Assembly: GCA_964016885.1 (NCBI GenBank)
Contig: OZ024742.1
Coordinates: 174,592,001 to 174,656,000, forward strand
From: Eledone cirrhosa
Lineage: Eukaryota
Direction: 5' to 3'
Length of the DNA stretch: 64,000 nt
In this document: positions 38,625-50,992 of the stretch, one piece after another
How positions within the stretch are numbered: position 1 is the stretch's first letter
How the letters are laid out: each line of letters starts with the position of its first letter
Made by a program: the position numbers and the translations under genes
The notes under the pieces: generated by a model
Database searches by the model: none
What the model was told of the DNA's origin: nothing
Seen by the model: the letters and a program-made list of their open reading frames with translations, nothing else

Positions 38625-39893
38625 CAGAGTGTGGACGATATTTTATCGCAATTTTCAACTGCTAATGTTATGCAAATTTTTTTTTACTTCCGTTGTCACT
38701 CTTGTCTTCATAAAAACAGTGACTATATTTCCATTATTTATTTTCAGAATAATTGATTATGAATAATTTTGAACCTCCAAATTTGTGGAAGAGACACGGA
38801 GTTATTCTTGGAATCCGCGCCAGGAGGACAAATAAGGAAATTTCAGACTTTCTCAGTGGCGACAGGAGAATGGTGGAAAAGGAATTGGAAGATTCAGGAT
38901 TCGACTACGAAGCAACATCAGCGAGGAAAACACATGATCGACGATCTGACGCCCTCAGAACGCTCGAGTTCGACGCTGGAGTTCAGGATATCATCAACAA
39001 TGAACCTAGCAAGTAGATGCGTGCCATTGCAAGGGAGACAAGCGTGGATGAAAAGCTCATTAGGCTGGTGGTACATGAAGACATTCGCTACGTTTCATAC
39101 AAGATGAGGAAAGCCGATGCAAGAAAAGCGACTGAAGCACGCAAAGAAGCTGATCAACAAGTTGACACACCCACTGGAGCCAGACATGCTGTGGTTTTAC
39201 TCCGACGAGAAAAACTTCTGCCAAGACCAGAAGATCAACTCCCAAAACAACATGTGACTCGCTGTCTCATCCAAAGACGTGCCCAGAATCTTGCAGACAA
39301 CGTTTCCAGCGATAACATTGGTCTTAGGTTTCGTCAACAGTCAAGGTGACGCCATGCCACCTCACTTCTTCTCTGAGGGCCTCAAGCTGATAACCAATAG
39401 CTACATCCGCGTTCTGAGCGAGGTAGTAAAGCCCTGGATCGACCAGGTAGCTGCAGGTAGGCCGTACGTGTGGCAGCAAGACTCAGCGCCCTGCCATACC
39501 AGCCGAAAGACCCAAAGAACTTCGTCGACCACACTTCACCTGACATCTGGCCTCCCAGCTCGCCTGACTGCGACCCCCTTGACTTCTTTGTGTGGAGCGC
39601 AGTGGAACGAGACACCAACAGATCTAGCTGCAATACGAAAGACGATCTGAAGGCCAGGATCACAAGTGCTTTTAGGGACCTATGTCGGGGGACAGTGACG
39701 AAGGCCTGTATCCGGTTCCGAGGCCACCTTGAGGCCGTCATCAAATCCAATTGCGGGTTTATCGAATGAGATAGAAAGAACAAGTCATGAAGACAAACTG
39801 ACCCAAATTTTATAAATATATTTAAAAAAATAAAACTACTCTGTTATATTTTCCTAGACAGTAATCTTGCGAACAAATATCATCCGCCCCCTG
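38625..39893 (+). mobile_element. Tc1/mariner DNA transposon (DD37D/maT-like), ~1.27 kb, defective
   Basis: TIRs CAGAGTGTGGACGATATTTTATCGCAA versus CAGGGGGCGGATGATATTTGTTCGCAA (reverse complement of the right end), 21/27 match; TA after the right end. Confidence 0.88.
38753..39769 (+). pseudogene. Disrupted DD37D-type transposase
   Basis: HTH-like N-terminus, then WFYSDEKNF, WQQDSAPCHTS and WPPSSPDCDPLDFFVWS; one internal stop and several frameshifts. Confidence 0.85.
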
Positions 39894-41879
39894 TAGCTGT
39901 GGGACTGCTTAGACCATTATGCCCACCATGAAAACGCTAACATCAAACTGATTGAAGGTCACCTCACACACATCAATTAAATATTCAGTTCATCAATGAC
40001 ACTATTCATAGAAAAGGAGACCTACAATGCTCATCAGCACCACCAAGACATGAATGAAATTATACACCCAATGTCACTGTATACACAGAACAGAAGACAT
40101 ATCAAACTTATTGACATCACCCGGATGCAAATGAGATTATACATCGAATGTTATTGGATTCCATTGAAATTAATGGTGCGACTGAAACACAAACTTGCAT
40201 GTACTGTCACTGATTTATTAACATCAGCACATGACTTGAACCAACCAATGGAAACCTTTAGCAGCATAACCACACTCTTCATTCTCTATCTTGTTTTACT
40301 TTTTGCAAATGCACATGATGATTTGGATGTGTCTTCATCTTGAAACTGCTGGTACTGGGGACTTAAGTCAAACTCTTGATATATATATTCACCTTCAACA
40401 TATGTTGTTTGTTCTTTTCATTTCTTTGTACTCATAACTATCTATCTGAGTGTGAGTGAGAGAGAGAGAGTGAGGGAGGGAGAGTTGATTTGGCTTGTGC
40501 AGAAAGTAGTAAACAGATGTGTGTTGCAGAACAGAATACCTGGTTGGAGGGATATACTCATTGTTAGAATTGGGCTTTAGGAATGTAAAATATTGACAAT
40601 GAAAATCATTAATCATAAATCAATTGTAATTATGCATCAAGTTACAATGACAGAATAAATTATAAGATATTTGTTGTTAATTTCTAAAATATTTAATTTT
40701 ATAAGATGTAAAATATAATTGGGCAAGTATCGATAAATGTAATCTAATTGGTATTGTATTGCAGTAGAGAATATAACAGTGTAGTTAAAATGGAGCATTG
40801 TGAAATATGTGGTCAGGATTTTTCAGGAAAATGTAAGTTAGAAATATTAGAGTGAAAATTGTAATAAAGTAAGACATTACATTCCATTTTCTTTACGTTC
40901 GAAAATAGGATCCTAACCCCCAAATATCATGAAATATTAGTTGAAAACACAAACTCTTGTTTTGTTTTCATTGTATAATTTACTCAAGTTGTCATTCTTT
41001 TATTTTTAATTTACATTTTTCTGGCTTTCCCATGAAAAACGTAGGTACCGATATGTTTTTTTAAGAATTGAGGAGAACGTGTTAACATTAGCATTCGTAA
41101 TTATTCAAGAAGCCATAGAAATATTTGTTATTCAATATGAACATGAATTAACTTTTAAAGTAGGCAGATCATTATCTATAACTTTCTTTATCTTGGGAAT
41201 TCTTGATTATCAGATTTTGTGTCTCCCCCAGGTGATGCACAGGTGGAATAGCGATGTAAAGAATTGTTAGTTTCTCACTTAGTACTAGTAAAAGACTGCT
41301 GGAAAGAGAAATGTAGAAAGTAGTTACATCACTTCAATTAATAAAATAGTAAACAGACTTGCATCAGTCTCGACAATGTGTGTTCAAATTGTTTGGATGG
41401 CAGAACCTCCTATATCTTCAATTGTTTTCTTTTTTATAGTTTCATTTTCAAAATACGTTTATAGTATTATGACACAAACAAAAGGGGTAGGAAGAAAAAA
41501 GGTAAAGGGGGGCTTTACCACAAAGAACGGCCAGTGATACCTGCTGTATTAACCATTCCACCTTATAAAGCTTCTTCTTTGAATATGATGCTCTCACCTT
41601 AATCTGGAAGATGAAAGCCATAGTCTGTGTACCAAGGACCCTGGTGGCCACAAGGGTAAGTGACACAAAGAGCAAATTTAGATAATGCCTAGTATTTAGT
41701 CAAAATTATTGCATAAATGACTAAAACTCCAGTAGGATTTAAAGGAGCAAGTCAAGCTAAATCAAATTAATTCAAATCAAACCCAGGCTGCTCTATATGG
41801 GTAGATCTGAGTCTAAAAGACATGATGAACAACAATAATTGAAAATGAATTGATCATGTCTCAGTTTTGATGAATGGGA

Positions 41880-42790
41880 AGGAATATTTAGGTTGAACCT
41901 TCTCCATCCCGTTCTTACTCTGGCTAGTGTGCTTTTGGAATACACTCCTCCACTGCTGATTTGGTCACCCAGGTAATGGAAACTGTCAACTATTTCTACA
42001 GAGCCCTCTGTGCTTTGGAAGGAGCTAGTATCCTGTGGTCTCCTGCTACTTACTGAACATGTGTATCAGCTGCATATAAAACCTATGTGTTTTTATAGCC
42101 TGCCTGTGATCTCAGATCTTTTATCTACCCATAGCTTGTATTTGGGCAATAGGATGGAATTTCTACCTATTCCTTTTCTGCACACTGAGCAAGGCCATTT
42201 CTCTGAGGGAAACTGGGCCCTGATTTCCTTTAAACCAACTAGGACATATTGTAGACCATGCTTCCGTGTTTGGAATTTCTTATCTAATTCTGCCATAGAT
42301 TCTGCACACCATGGTCTTAAACTGTTCTGTTATAGCCTCTAGGGCAATGCTAAATATGAGAGGGGTAAGGATGGAGACCCGATGGACACCTTCACTACAG
42401 TCATTGTTAATTCTAACCTTGTTGACTGCTTCTTTATACAGCCTTCACACACCAGGCATCTACTAGTTATCTAAGGGCCCATCAACTAATGAAATGGGGG
42501 ATGCTGTCAAAAGCTTTTCCCAGGTCAACAAAAGCTAAGTAGAGGAGTTTACTTTTAGCTGGGTACTTCTCTTGCAGTTGCCTCATAATGAAGAGAGCAT
42601 CTCTGGTACTTTTACCTGGCACAACTCCAAACTGAATTTCATCTTGTTTAACTGTCTCTAATCAGGTGAGTGATAACTTTGTGACCTTCGTGACCTCGTG
42701 ATCCAACTTAATGCCTCTATAGTTTTCTTAGTCTAGAGCTCCTTTGCCTGTGAAGCAGTGGAAAATGATACTGCTATGCCAATGCTATTA
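41880..42790 (-). mobile_element. Decayed RTE LINE fragment (same type as 55281-56557)
   Basis: Minus strand YLAFVDLGKAFD and ELDKKFQT...KWPCSVCRKGIGRNSI...WVDKRS. Confidence 0.85.
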
Positions 42791-42943
42791 CAATATATAT
42801 ATGTAAAATTTGGTTATTGTTCACAAAGTTCTTATAAACAAAGATTTTGAAATCGGTATTTATATGTTTATAAGTTAAGTTTTTCCTGAAGGAAATGCTG
42901 TATATATGTGGCAATAACACTTGAATAAAGATTATGGTGTGTA

Positions 42944-42987
<44 letters not shown>

Positions 42988-43042
42988 CAAGTATTGCACC
43001 AAGAAGAATAAATTGTCAGTGTGAAGAGATTAGGAATTTATC

Positions 43043-43141
43043 CGATTTAACATATGTTTCTGTATCAATTATAAATTGTCAATATATAGTGTTCAATCAT
43101 ATACAATACTTAATTATTTTTACACTTCATCAGAGAAAACC
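43043..43141 (-). ncRNA. Hammerhead-like motif with intact core but weak stem I
   Basis: Minus strand CTGATGA (43133-43127), a long stem II region, then GAAAC-ATAT-GTT (43060-43049). An upstream LIKSS...PSLNN remnant resembles a PLE endonuclease end. Confidence 0.4.
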
Positions 43142-43569
43142 TTTACTAGTGGAATTCAACTATTCACTACACAGTAGAGTTCAGTAATGGATTTCTATTT
43201 AAGAAAATGTAAATAAGTTAAAAATAAAATGAAATACAGTCAGTTAGTCTGGTAGAATATATATATATGAACATAGATATCTTCCAAATATCAACTGTAA
43301 ACAATGTAATCTGATGGATGATAATATTTCTAACCAGACAACTAAAGTAGTAGTTATTTTTCCATATGTTATTAAGAGAGGGCAAAACATTGGAAGATTT
43401 TATTAGAATATTGTATAGAAGACTTTGTGGCATTTCTTCCAGCACTTTGAGTACTCAATGTTCAGCTCTGTATAGTGCAGCAATGTAAAAGATAATGAAA
43501 TGTAAAGCTGATATGAAGGAGACTCCATACTACCCAGTCTATGAATAAAACCCATGACCTTACACTTAG

Positions 43570-43850
43570 TGGAGGTATGTGGCCTAGGGGTAAGGGCGTT
43601 GGACTTACGATCATAATGTCGTGGGCTCGATTCCTGTGTTGTGTGTTGTGTTCTTGACCAAAACACTTCATTTCACGTTGCTCCAGTATACTCAGCTGAA
43701 AATGAGTACCAGCAATTGTTGGAAGTTTAACTCTGCAATGTACTGGCGTCCTGTCCAGGGGTGAGTCTTGTACTCTCAGTCGCTTCACGCTATGAAACCG
43801 GGATAAGCACCGGCCAAATGAGCCTTCTGGCTTAAGACAGACTTTAGACC
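43570..43850 (+). mobile_element. CORE-like tRNA SINE (family B)
   Basis: tggcctaggggtaaggg (A-box), ggctcgattcc (B-box), tgtgttcttgaccaaaacacttcatttcacgttgctccagt...ctcagctg. Confidence 0.85.
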
Positions 43851-45194
43851 TTACACTTATGAGCCCAACACCTTAATCACTTGGCTATGCAACTTATTCA
43901 ACCCTGGTACTTGTTTTCTTGATTTCTTTTTTTTTTACTGCTTATTTATGAGACATAAACACAGACACTGAGAAAAATTTAAAACACACACTTCAGCAAT
44001 TGCTGTCTCTCAAATTTCATTTACAAGGCATTGATTAATGCAGGACTAGAGTAAAATATAATTGCCCAAGGTGCCATATGGTGGGACTGAACCATAAACC
44101 ACAAGTAAAACTAGTTGTAAAACCAACTCATTAACTACACAGCCAAACCTGTTATGTCTTCACAAAAATTATATTTTCTAACTTCAAGATTCTCCTACTT
44201 GTGATGAATGTGTTTCTATTTCTACAGCTCATAAGATTTACATTTGTAATTGTTGTTCGTTTATGGGGCAGGCACTGCTTACATTACTTATTTTTTCTTA
44301 TTTTTTAATTTCTGAAGTAATCTGTAATATGTTTTTGGTCTTTATTTTCCCCTCTATCTGCTGACTATTTATTCACAGCCTGAATATGCTTCAAATTTAT
44401 CAAGCACCCAAATCTCCTTCCTCTTCCATTAATTTCTCAATTTCTGTCTTGGTGTAATTTTCAACAGTAATAACGAACAAACAAAAAATATATGTAGCTT
44501 CTTCTTTGTCTTCATCTCATTCTTTGTCTTTTCCTTCTTCCTCTTTTTTTTCTTTCTTTGCTTTCTTTCTTGACTTTTTTCTTTTACTTTTTTTTCTTTT
44601 TCCATTTTTTCTTTTCCTTCCATCTTCAATATCCTTTCAAATTTTTCATCAATATTTTCATCAGTGATACCATGAGTTCAGCTGAAGGCAGATGTTATCC
44701 GCTCCCTTCATATGTTGCAGGCACTGTTTTTTTCTTGGCAGAATTAGTATAGAATCATTATAATAATTTATGTACAGTATTTTCTTCTAACTATCACATA
44801 AACACCATAATTTGTCAAAGTTCTAGAACATTTGTTTACAATTCATGGAACACGAATTGGATACAGTAAACACACCAATATGCTCTGTAAATTGGTCAGT
44901 GATAGGAATGACATCCAGCCATAAGACACTTATCAAACGAAGGGCAGAAAGGTTCAATTGTGTCAAAGTCAGGACAATGTCCCTAGTACTAGTTCTCTGA
45001 CAAAATGCATTATGTAGAGTTCAGAAGTGTGTGTGAGGTCAGCCCCTGGCCTAACTGAGAAATCAGTGGCTTGGGTTATATATTGAGTTGGTCTGATAAC
45101 TCATCTATCTCTTGTTGGTATGGGAAATGGACATTAAATGACAATGATACAGATACCATGCCTCTTATCCCGTACATGTTGCAGGAGGTTTTAA

Positions 45195-45558
45195 TTTCTG
45201 GTCTGGCGTCACGCAGTAATACAGGGTACCCGACCTCCCATGGGTACATGCTGAAGCATATAAACAATATGCCCCCACACCCCCACCGCAAGGTGGTCGT
45301 GGAGGTGCCACGGCAAAAAAGCACCCAGCCCACACTGTAAAGTGGACGTGTAGGCGCCACGAAAAAGCACCCAGCACTCACTGTAAATGAGGTTGGTGTT
45401 AGGAAGGGCATCCAGCTGTAGAAATCAAGCCAGATCAGTTCCTGTATGAGCAAGGCATGGTCAGCCGACCAGACACTGCCCACAACAGGACAACCCGTCT
45501 AACCCATGCTAGCGTGGAAGAACGGACGTAAAACGGTGATGATGATGATGATGATGAA
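45195..45558 (+). mobile_element. 5'-truncated RTE 3' UTR copy
   Basis: Highly similar to 56196-56557; (GAT)n tail. Confidence 0.9.
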
Positions 45559-48500
45559 GCTAAATATAAAAGAAATATATAAAATAAACAATATTTAAGA
45601 AATATAAACGAATACACTTCTAAAGCAGTCTATTTAATCTTTATTAATCCAATTAATATTCCAGAAATGTGTGTATAGAATAAATATAATTTGTATAATA
45701 TATGGGACAAAATTTAACAAAGGAAAGTAAAAAAACATATTTAAGAGATATAAATCAATATATATATATAGCTTTGCCATCTACTCTGAGAACTCCACTG
45801 CTTCTTATATTGATCTATTTATCTAGTTATGATTGTTTGTTGTAGAGCATTATTTCTGAACAAAACATACTAACAATTATAGGTTATGATTGAAAATAAA
45901 AAAACAATCAAGAAAAGTTTGTAAACATTTACAGGTGGATGAAAGACAATTATTTGGGCTAGGGAAGAATTCAACTTAGGGCTGGTGACACAAAGAAAAA
46001 TGTCCCTTGCTGACTGTGGCACTCAGGCACAATATAAAATAGAGGGAAGTCTTCCGTCTAGCCAAGGAGATGACAACCTCTCTATTGTTGCTGACATGAT
46101 AAAAAGCATGCAGTAAAATCTATAGTTTGGTAGTGCTAGTACCATCATAAAATGTACCCAGCATACAGTGTAAAGTGATTGGCATTAGGAATGGTACTCA
46201 GCTATAGAAACCAAGCCAAATATGGAACGTTAGTTCTCTGACTCATCTATTCTCAAATTATGATACACCTAACTTATGCGAGCATGGAAAACAGATGTAA
46301 AATGATAGTGACGATGGTAAGATTAGTATGCTGCTCTGAAGGCAAATGTTGAGTTGGGTGAAGTGAGAGGCAAGATTTATTGATTTATCTGATTAAGTCT
46401 GGGATAAAATACAAGGTACGGAATCTGAGATAGAATACAAGGTACAGAGTTTGAGATAGTATACAAGGTATGACACAGAATATAAATGTCGCATTGAGAA
46501 AATACATCATGATAATCAGTGGATGCAGCATTGCTGCATGGTTAAGTTCACTGCACAATCATTATGTCCCTAGTTCAATCCCACTGAATGGCATCTGAGG
46601 CATTTTTTATTTGCCATAACATTGCGTTAACCTGAGACTTCTGAGTGAATTTGAGTAGATAGAAACTGTTTGGAATCCCATCAGATGAACTGAACTTGTA
46701 TTTCAAATGGTGAACCTTTTCACTGGCCCTAAGTACGATGTGGTGAGACTGAACTATAATCATGTGGTTGAGAATCTAACACTTTAACCACACAGCTATG
46801 CAATAGCTTTGATATTTTCGAAGATAACTATGATAAAAACAAAACACTTGTATAGAATGCTTAGATTATTGTTAACCAATTATTTACCTAAATCAAAAAT
46901 TTATATTTTTATTTCTTTTAACCTTATAAAATGAAATATATAATTATAAATCAAGAGCTAAGGGAAATAACTCAAGTGAACCAATGTCAAGTAGGTGGTG
47001 ATGTAATGAAGGATGAAGACACAAAAAATATTTAAAAGATGTCTAAATTATAGTCTTTACATGATTTATTGTGCTCAGGAATTATTTGAATTCATTTCAT
47101 TAAAAATCAGAAAAAACTATTATTGCTTGCAGGTTATTCAATTAAGTTAGAAATTTCATTTCAATCATGTATATTGTCTTTAATATTGTAATATTTTATT
47201 ATTTAGACACACTCTTTTATCTGTCTGTTTATCTGTCTCTATATCTGTCTGTACCATTATTCACTGTTTTATTTAGTCACCTTAAGGAGGTTGGTTAACG
47301 AAGTCAAATTTTTGGATTTAAAACTCATATTAATTTATTTATTTGCTTGTTTTTCTTCATTTAATAATTTTGCAGATTAGTAAATATTTTTTGAATTAAT
47401 TAATCTCTTTTATTTTTTCATGAAAGATAATTATGTGAGATAATTAAATACAACACTCTAAGTGAAAGAAATGAAAAACCATATCACAATAAAAGTTTTT
47501 AATATCTTCGTATTAATTCAACATAAAACATATTGCTAATGAAAATAATTATAATACAATAATTTTATTATTAATATTAATAATAGCACTAGATTATTTT
47601 TGAAATAAACTACAAAATAAATATATCATTGTGTATTATTTACTTAAAGATCAACTAATTTCTCTATATCATATTAATAATACTTAATCTTACTACAGCT
47701 GATGTTGTTATGAATATTATTATTAATAATTTCTAAAGACTTATTTTACTGTTGTTGTTGTTAATAATAGGTTTTTGCATTACAACAATGCCTCAATAAT
47801 CAATTATTGTAGTGTAAAAAGTAATTAATTTATATAGCCTCAATACAACACTAAGAATTTTTCAGTGAAAGACAAAATCAATCTTGGGACGATTTAAATG
47901 CTGCAAGAATTTTGAGTTATATTCAATTTCAGTCATTAGACATTGGTTATACTGGAATACTGTCTTAAAGTCTGATATTTATTTTAGTGATTTAAAAAGA
48001 AAATTATTTTTATCAAACTTCTCAGTTGTAGGATATCAACAAACAATAAACAAAAACACACACACATCTTTATATCTATATATGATGGGATCCAAAAGAG
48101 CTGTAGATCAAAGACAGTGAAGGCAACCCAACTGGCATTGCAATAACCCAGAATAAATATTTAGGTAGAGATAATGTGATGTAAGTAAAACATAACCTCA
48201 GAGTGTAGTAACTCTGAATAAATGATGCAGTATATCAGTATAAATAAGGCATTTTAGCCCTGGCCGATATTTTCTCTAGCCTTGGTGGTATGATAAAACG
48301 CATCCAGTCCATGCTGTAATATGATTGGGGATAAGAAATGCATCCAGTCAATATAACCACACCAAAATATGAGAAGCACAATTACATTCGTATAAGAGGT
48401 ATTACGGCAGAAATATAAAACTGAAAATTATAGTAACTGGATAGAAAATAAAGAGTAGCATATCTGTGAGCTAATGGCCATGTATTGAGAATTGAATTTT

Positions 48501-49329
48501 TGATCAGCTGGCTGATCTATTTTTAGTCAGATTTGGATCTGTGTATCTGGTTTACAAGATATAAATCATATTCTTGAGCATAAATAGAAACTAAACGTTT
48601 AAGCAACAGGAAGAGCATCCAGTCATAAAACATTGACTCAAGAGGGACCTTATGAGTATGTTTAAAGCTGTCATTGAGCCAGCAGGGAGAATGACCTTAA
48701 ATATTTATTGTATCTAGTAAGCAAACCTTCTGGCACTATGTGTATTTTGGGGCTTAATCCTCTCCAATAATTTGTTTCAATATACATGTACTTTAGCTTT
48801 TACTACACTGATTTTCTTTTAACTCTAAATATGTTAGTATGATCATGTTTATAATTTCTTTCTTAGTCTCATCATCATCATCATCATCATATTACGTCCG
48901 CTTTTCCCTGCTTGCAAGGGTGGGATGGGTCCTATTCAGCACAGCATCTCTCCACTTGTCACGGTTCTTCGTCATCTCCTCCGTGAGTTTCAGCGATCTG
49001 AGGTCTGCCTTACCACCTCTGCCCATGTTTTTCGTGGTCTTCCTCTACAGCATCTTCCTTCTACTGGGATTTCTTGGCACTTCTTTACCCATTGGTGATA
49101 AAAAAGCATGAGCTAATAATGATACATATGCATAGTATATGGACTTAGGCCCCCATTCCCCAAATCCCCAAAAACTGTAATGGAAGCTCTGGTATTTTTG
49201 TGTCTGATGTCATACATTAATCTAATAAAGATATACTCCTCCGTGCATTACAGTAAAACTTTGTAAAGTTTTCATCAAGCTTTGGTGGAAGCAGATTTTG
49301 CAATGTGATATTAGTTGCCATTAAAAGAT

Positions 49330-50100
49330 AATTATGATTAATAAAAGTGTGAGGGGAAGGATCTAGCATTTATTAAGACTTTATAGATTTTAGATGTGTT
49401 GTTCAAGTATAAGTGAGGTGAACATAAATATTTCATTAATAGCTGTAGTGTCAGATGATCATTGTACTGTTGTTGTTTAGGCACTGCTATTTGATGCATT
49501 CCATCTTTCAATTATCCATATTTGGTAATTGATGATTGAATATTCTTTGAATGTGGACAATCTATCAATGTCAATGCTGTTGAATCTAGTCTAAGAATAT
49601 TGTTAATCCATTATTGTCCTTCTCAATGTATGTACAATATTGTTCACAGCTTTATTTGATAGAAGCTTTCTAAAATTTTATATTTTTTCAATAAAGCATC
49701 CAAGATTATCACTTCCATACAAGAGCATTGTAAGAATGACTGCTTTCAAAGCAATCAACTTAATTCATGTGTTGTTTTTCTCACAACTTCCTTTTTTACA
49801 CACCTGTATTAGATCAATGATCTTCTACTACAGCTTTTCCACTCCCTAACTCTCTTTACTTTTTTTTTTATTAACACTGCAAAAACTAAATTTCCGAGTT
49901 TTCCTCTTCAGAGACCAAACAGTATTTTTGCTTTGACCAGTTCCTAAATTTGTATCAGGTATATGTTTTTATCCAGTTATTATTGACAGCTCATGAATAC
50001 ATTTGTCACCTCCATGGATTGTTAATACCATGTTAATATCTTATTAATTTTAGAAAACTGAATCAAAATCTCTATTGGGGCAACATGACTTGCAATGTGA
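49330..50100 (-). mobile_element. Very old RTE LINE remnant
   Basis: Minus strand KLIALKAVILTMLLYGSD and KFRNWSK...LGNL remnants. Confidence 0.5.
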
Positions 50101-50949
50101 GATTGTAATTCTTTTTTATTCTGAAATGATTTTCATCTGTTAAGAGTGAGTTGTTTGCTTTGTATTATCTAAAAACCTACACATATACACACACATACCC
50201 ACCCACATATATAAATATACATATATATATATATACTCATATATATAAACAGTTATAGACACACGTGCATATACACACATACGTGCATATGTATTCACCC
50301 ATACATGTGTGTGTAGACAGACATCCATACGCACACCCATATATACACAGATATACCTCTACATACATATGTATATGCACACGTACACACAGGCCCACAC
50401 ACACACATATATGCGTACATATACACACACATATATATATATACACACATTGAGTAAAGTGAGATAAGGTATTAATATGAAATAAACCATATAAAAAAAT
50501 ACACATGGAAAACTCATAAAAAATAAACACATCATCATCATCATCATCATCATTTTACGCCCGATTTTCCCTGCTCCCTGCTTCCAATGGTTGGACGGGT
50601 TCTATTCAGCACAGCATCTCTCCACCCATCACGGTCCTTTGTCATCTCCTCCATGAGTTTCTGCGGTCTGCTCTCACCACCTCCGCCCATAGAAAAAATT
50701 TTACGATAGGTAAAGTTGAGCACATTAATAAAAAGTAGGAATTGTTGAGTACATCAATGAAAATATAGTAATGGAGAAATGACTTCCATGGGACAAGAAC
50801 TGTTTCATTAAAAATAAATCATCAGAAAAGCTTTCCTGGCGATTTCTTTTGAATGAAAAAGTTCTAATACTGTAAACAAATGGCCCAATTAAAGCTCTGC
50901 GGTGTCGATGATAAGTCGTCATCCATTTGTTCAACACTGGCATTGAGGA

Positions 50950-50992
50950 ACAATCAACATATTTCTGGGTCATTACCCTTCATCAGGATTGT
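50950..50992 (-). ncRNA. Minimal type I hammerhead ribozyme (Penelope-type)
   Basis: ACAATC-CTGATGA-a-GGGT-aatg-ACCC-a-GAAA-tatg-TT-GATTGT: perfect 6-bp stem I, 4-bp stem II, intact core, very short stem III, GUU cleavage triplet. Confidence 0.75.

Noticed and set aside
44429-44680. Lys/Glu-rich minus-strand ORF
   Set aside because: Low-complexity polypurine tract with an upstream in-frame stop and no recognisable domain.
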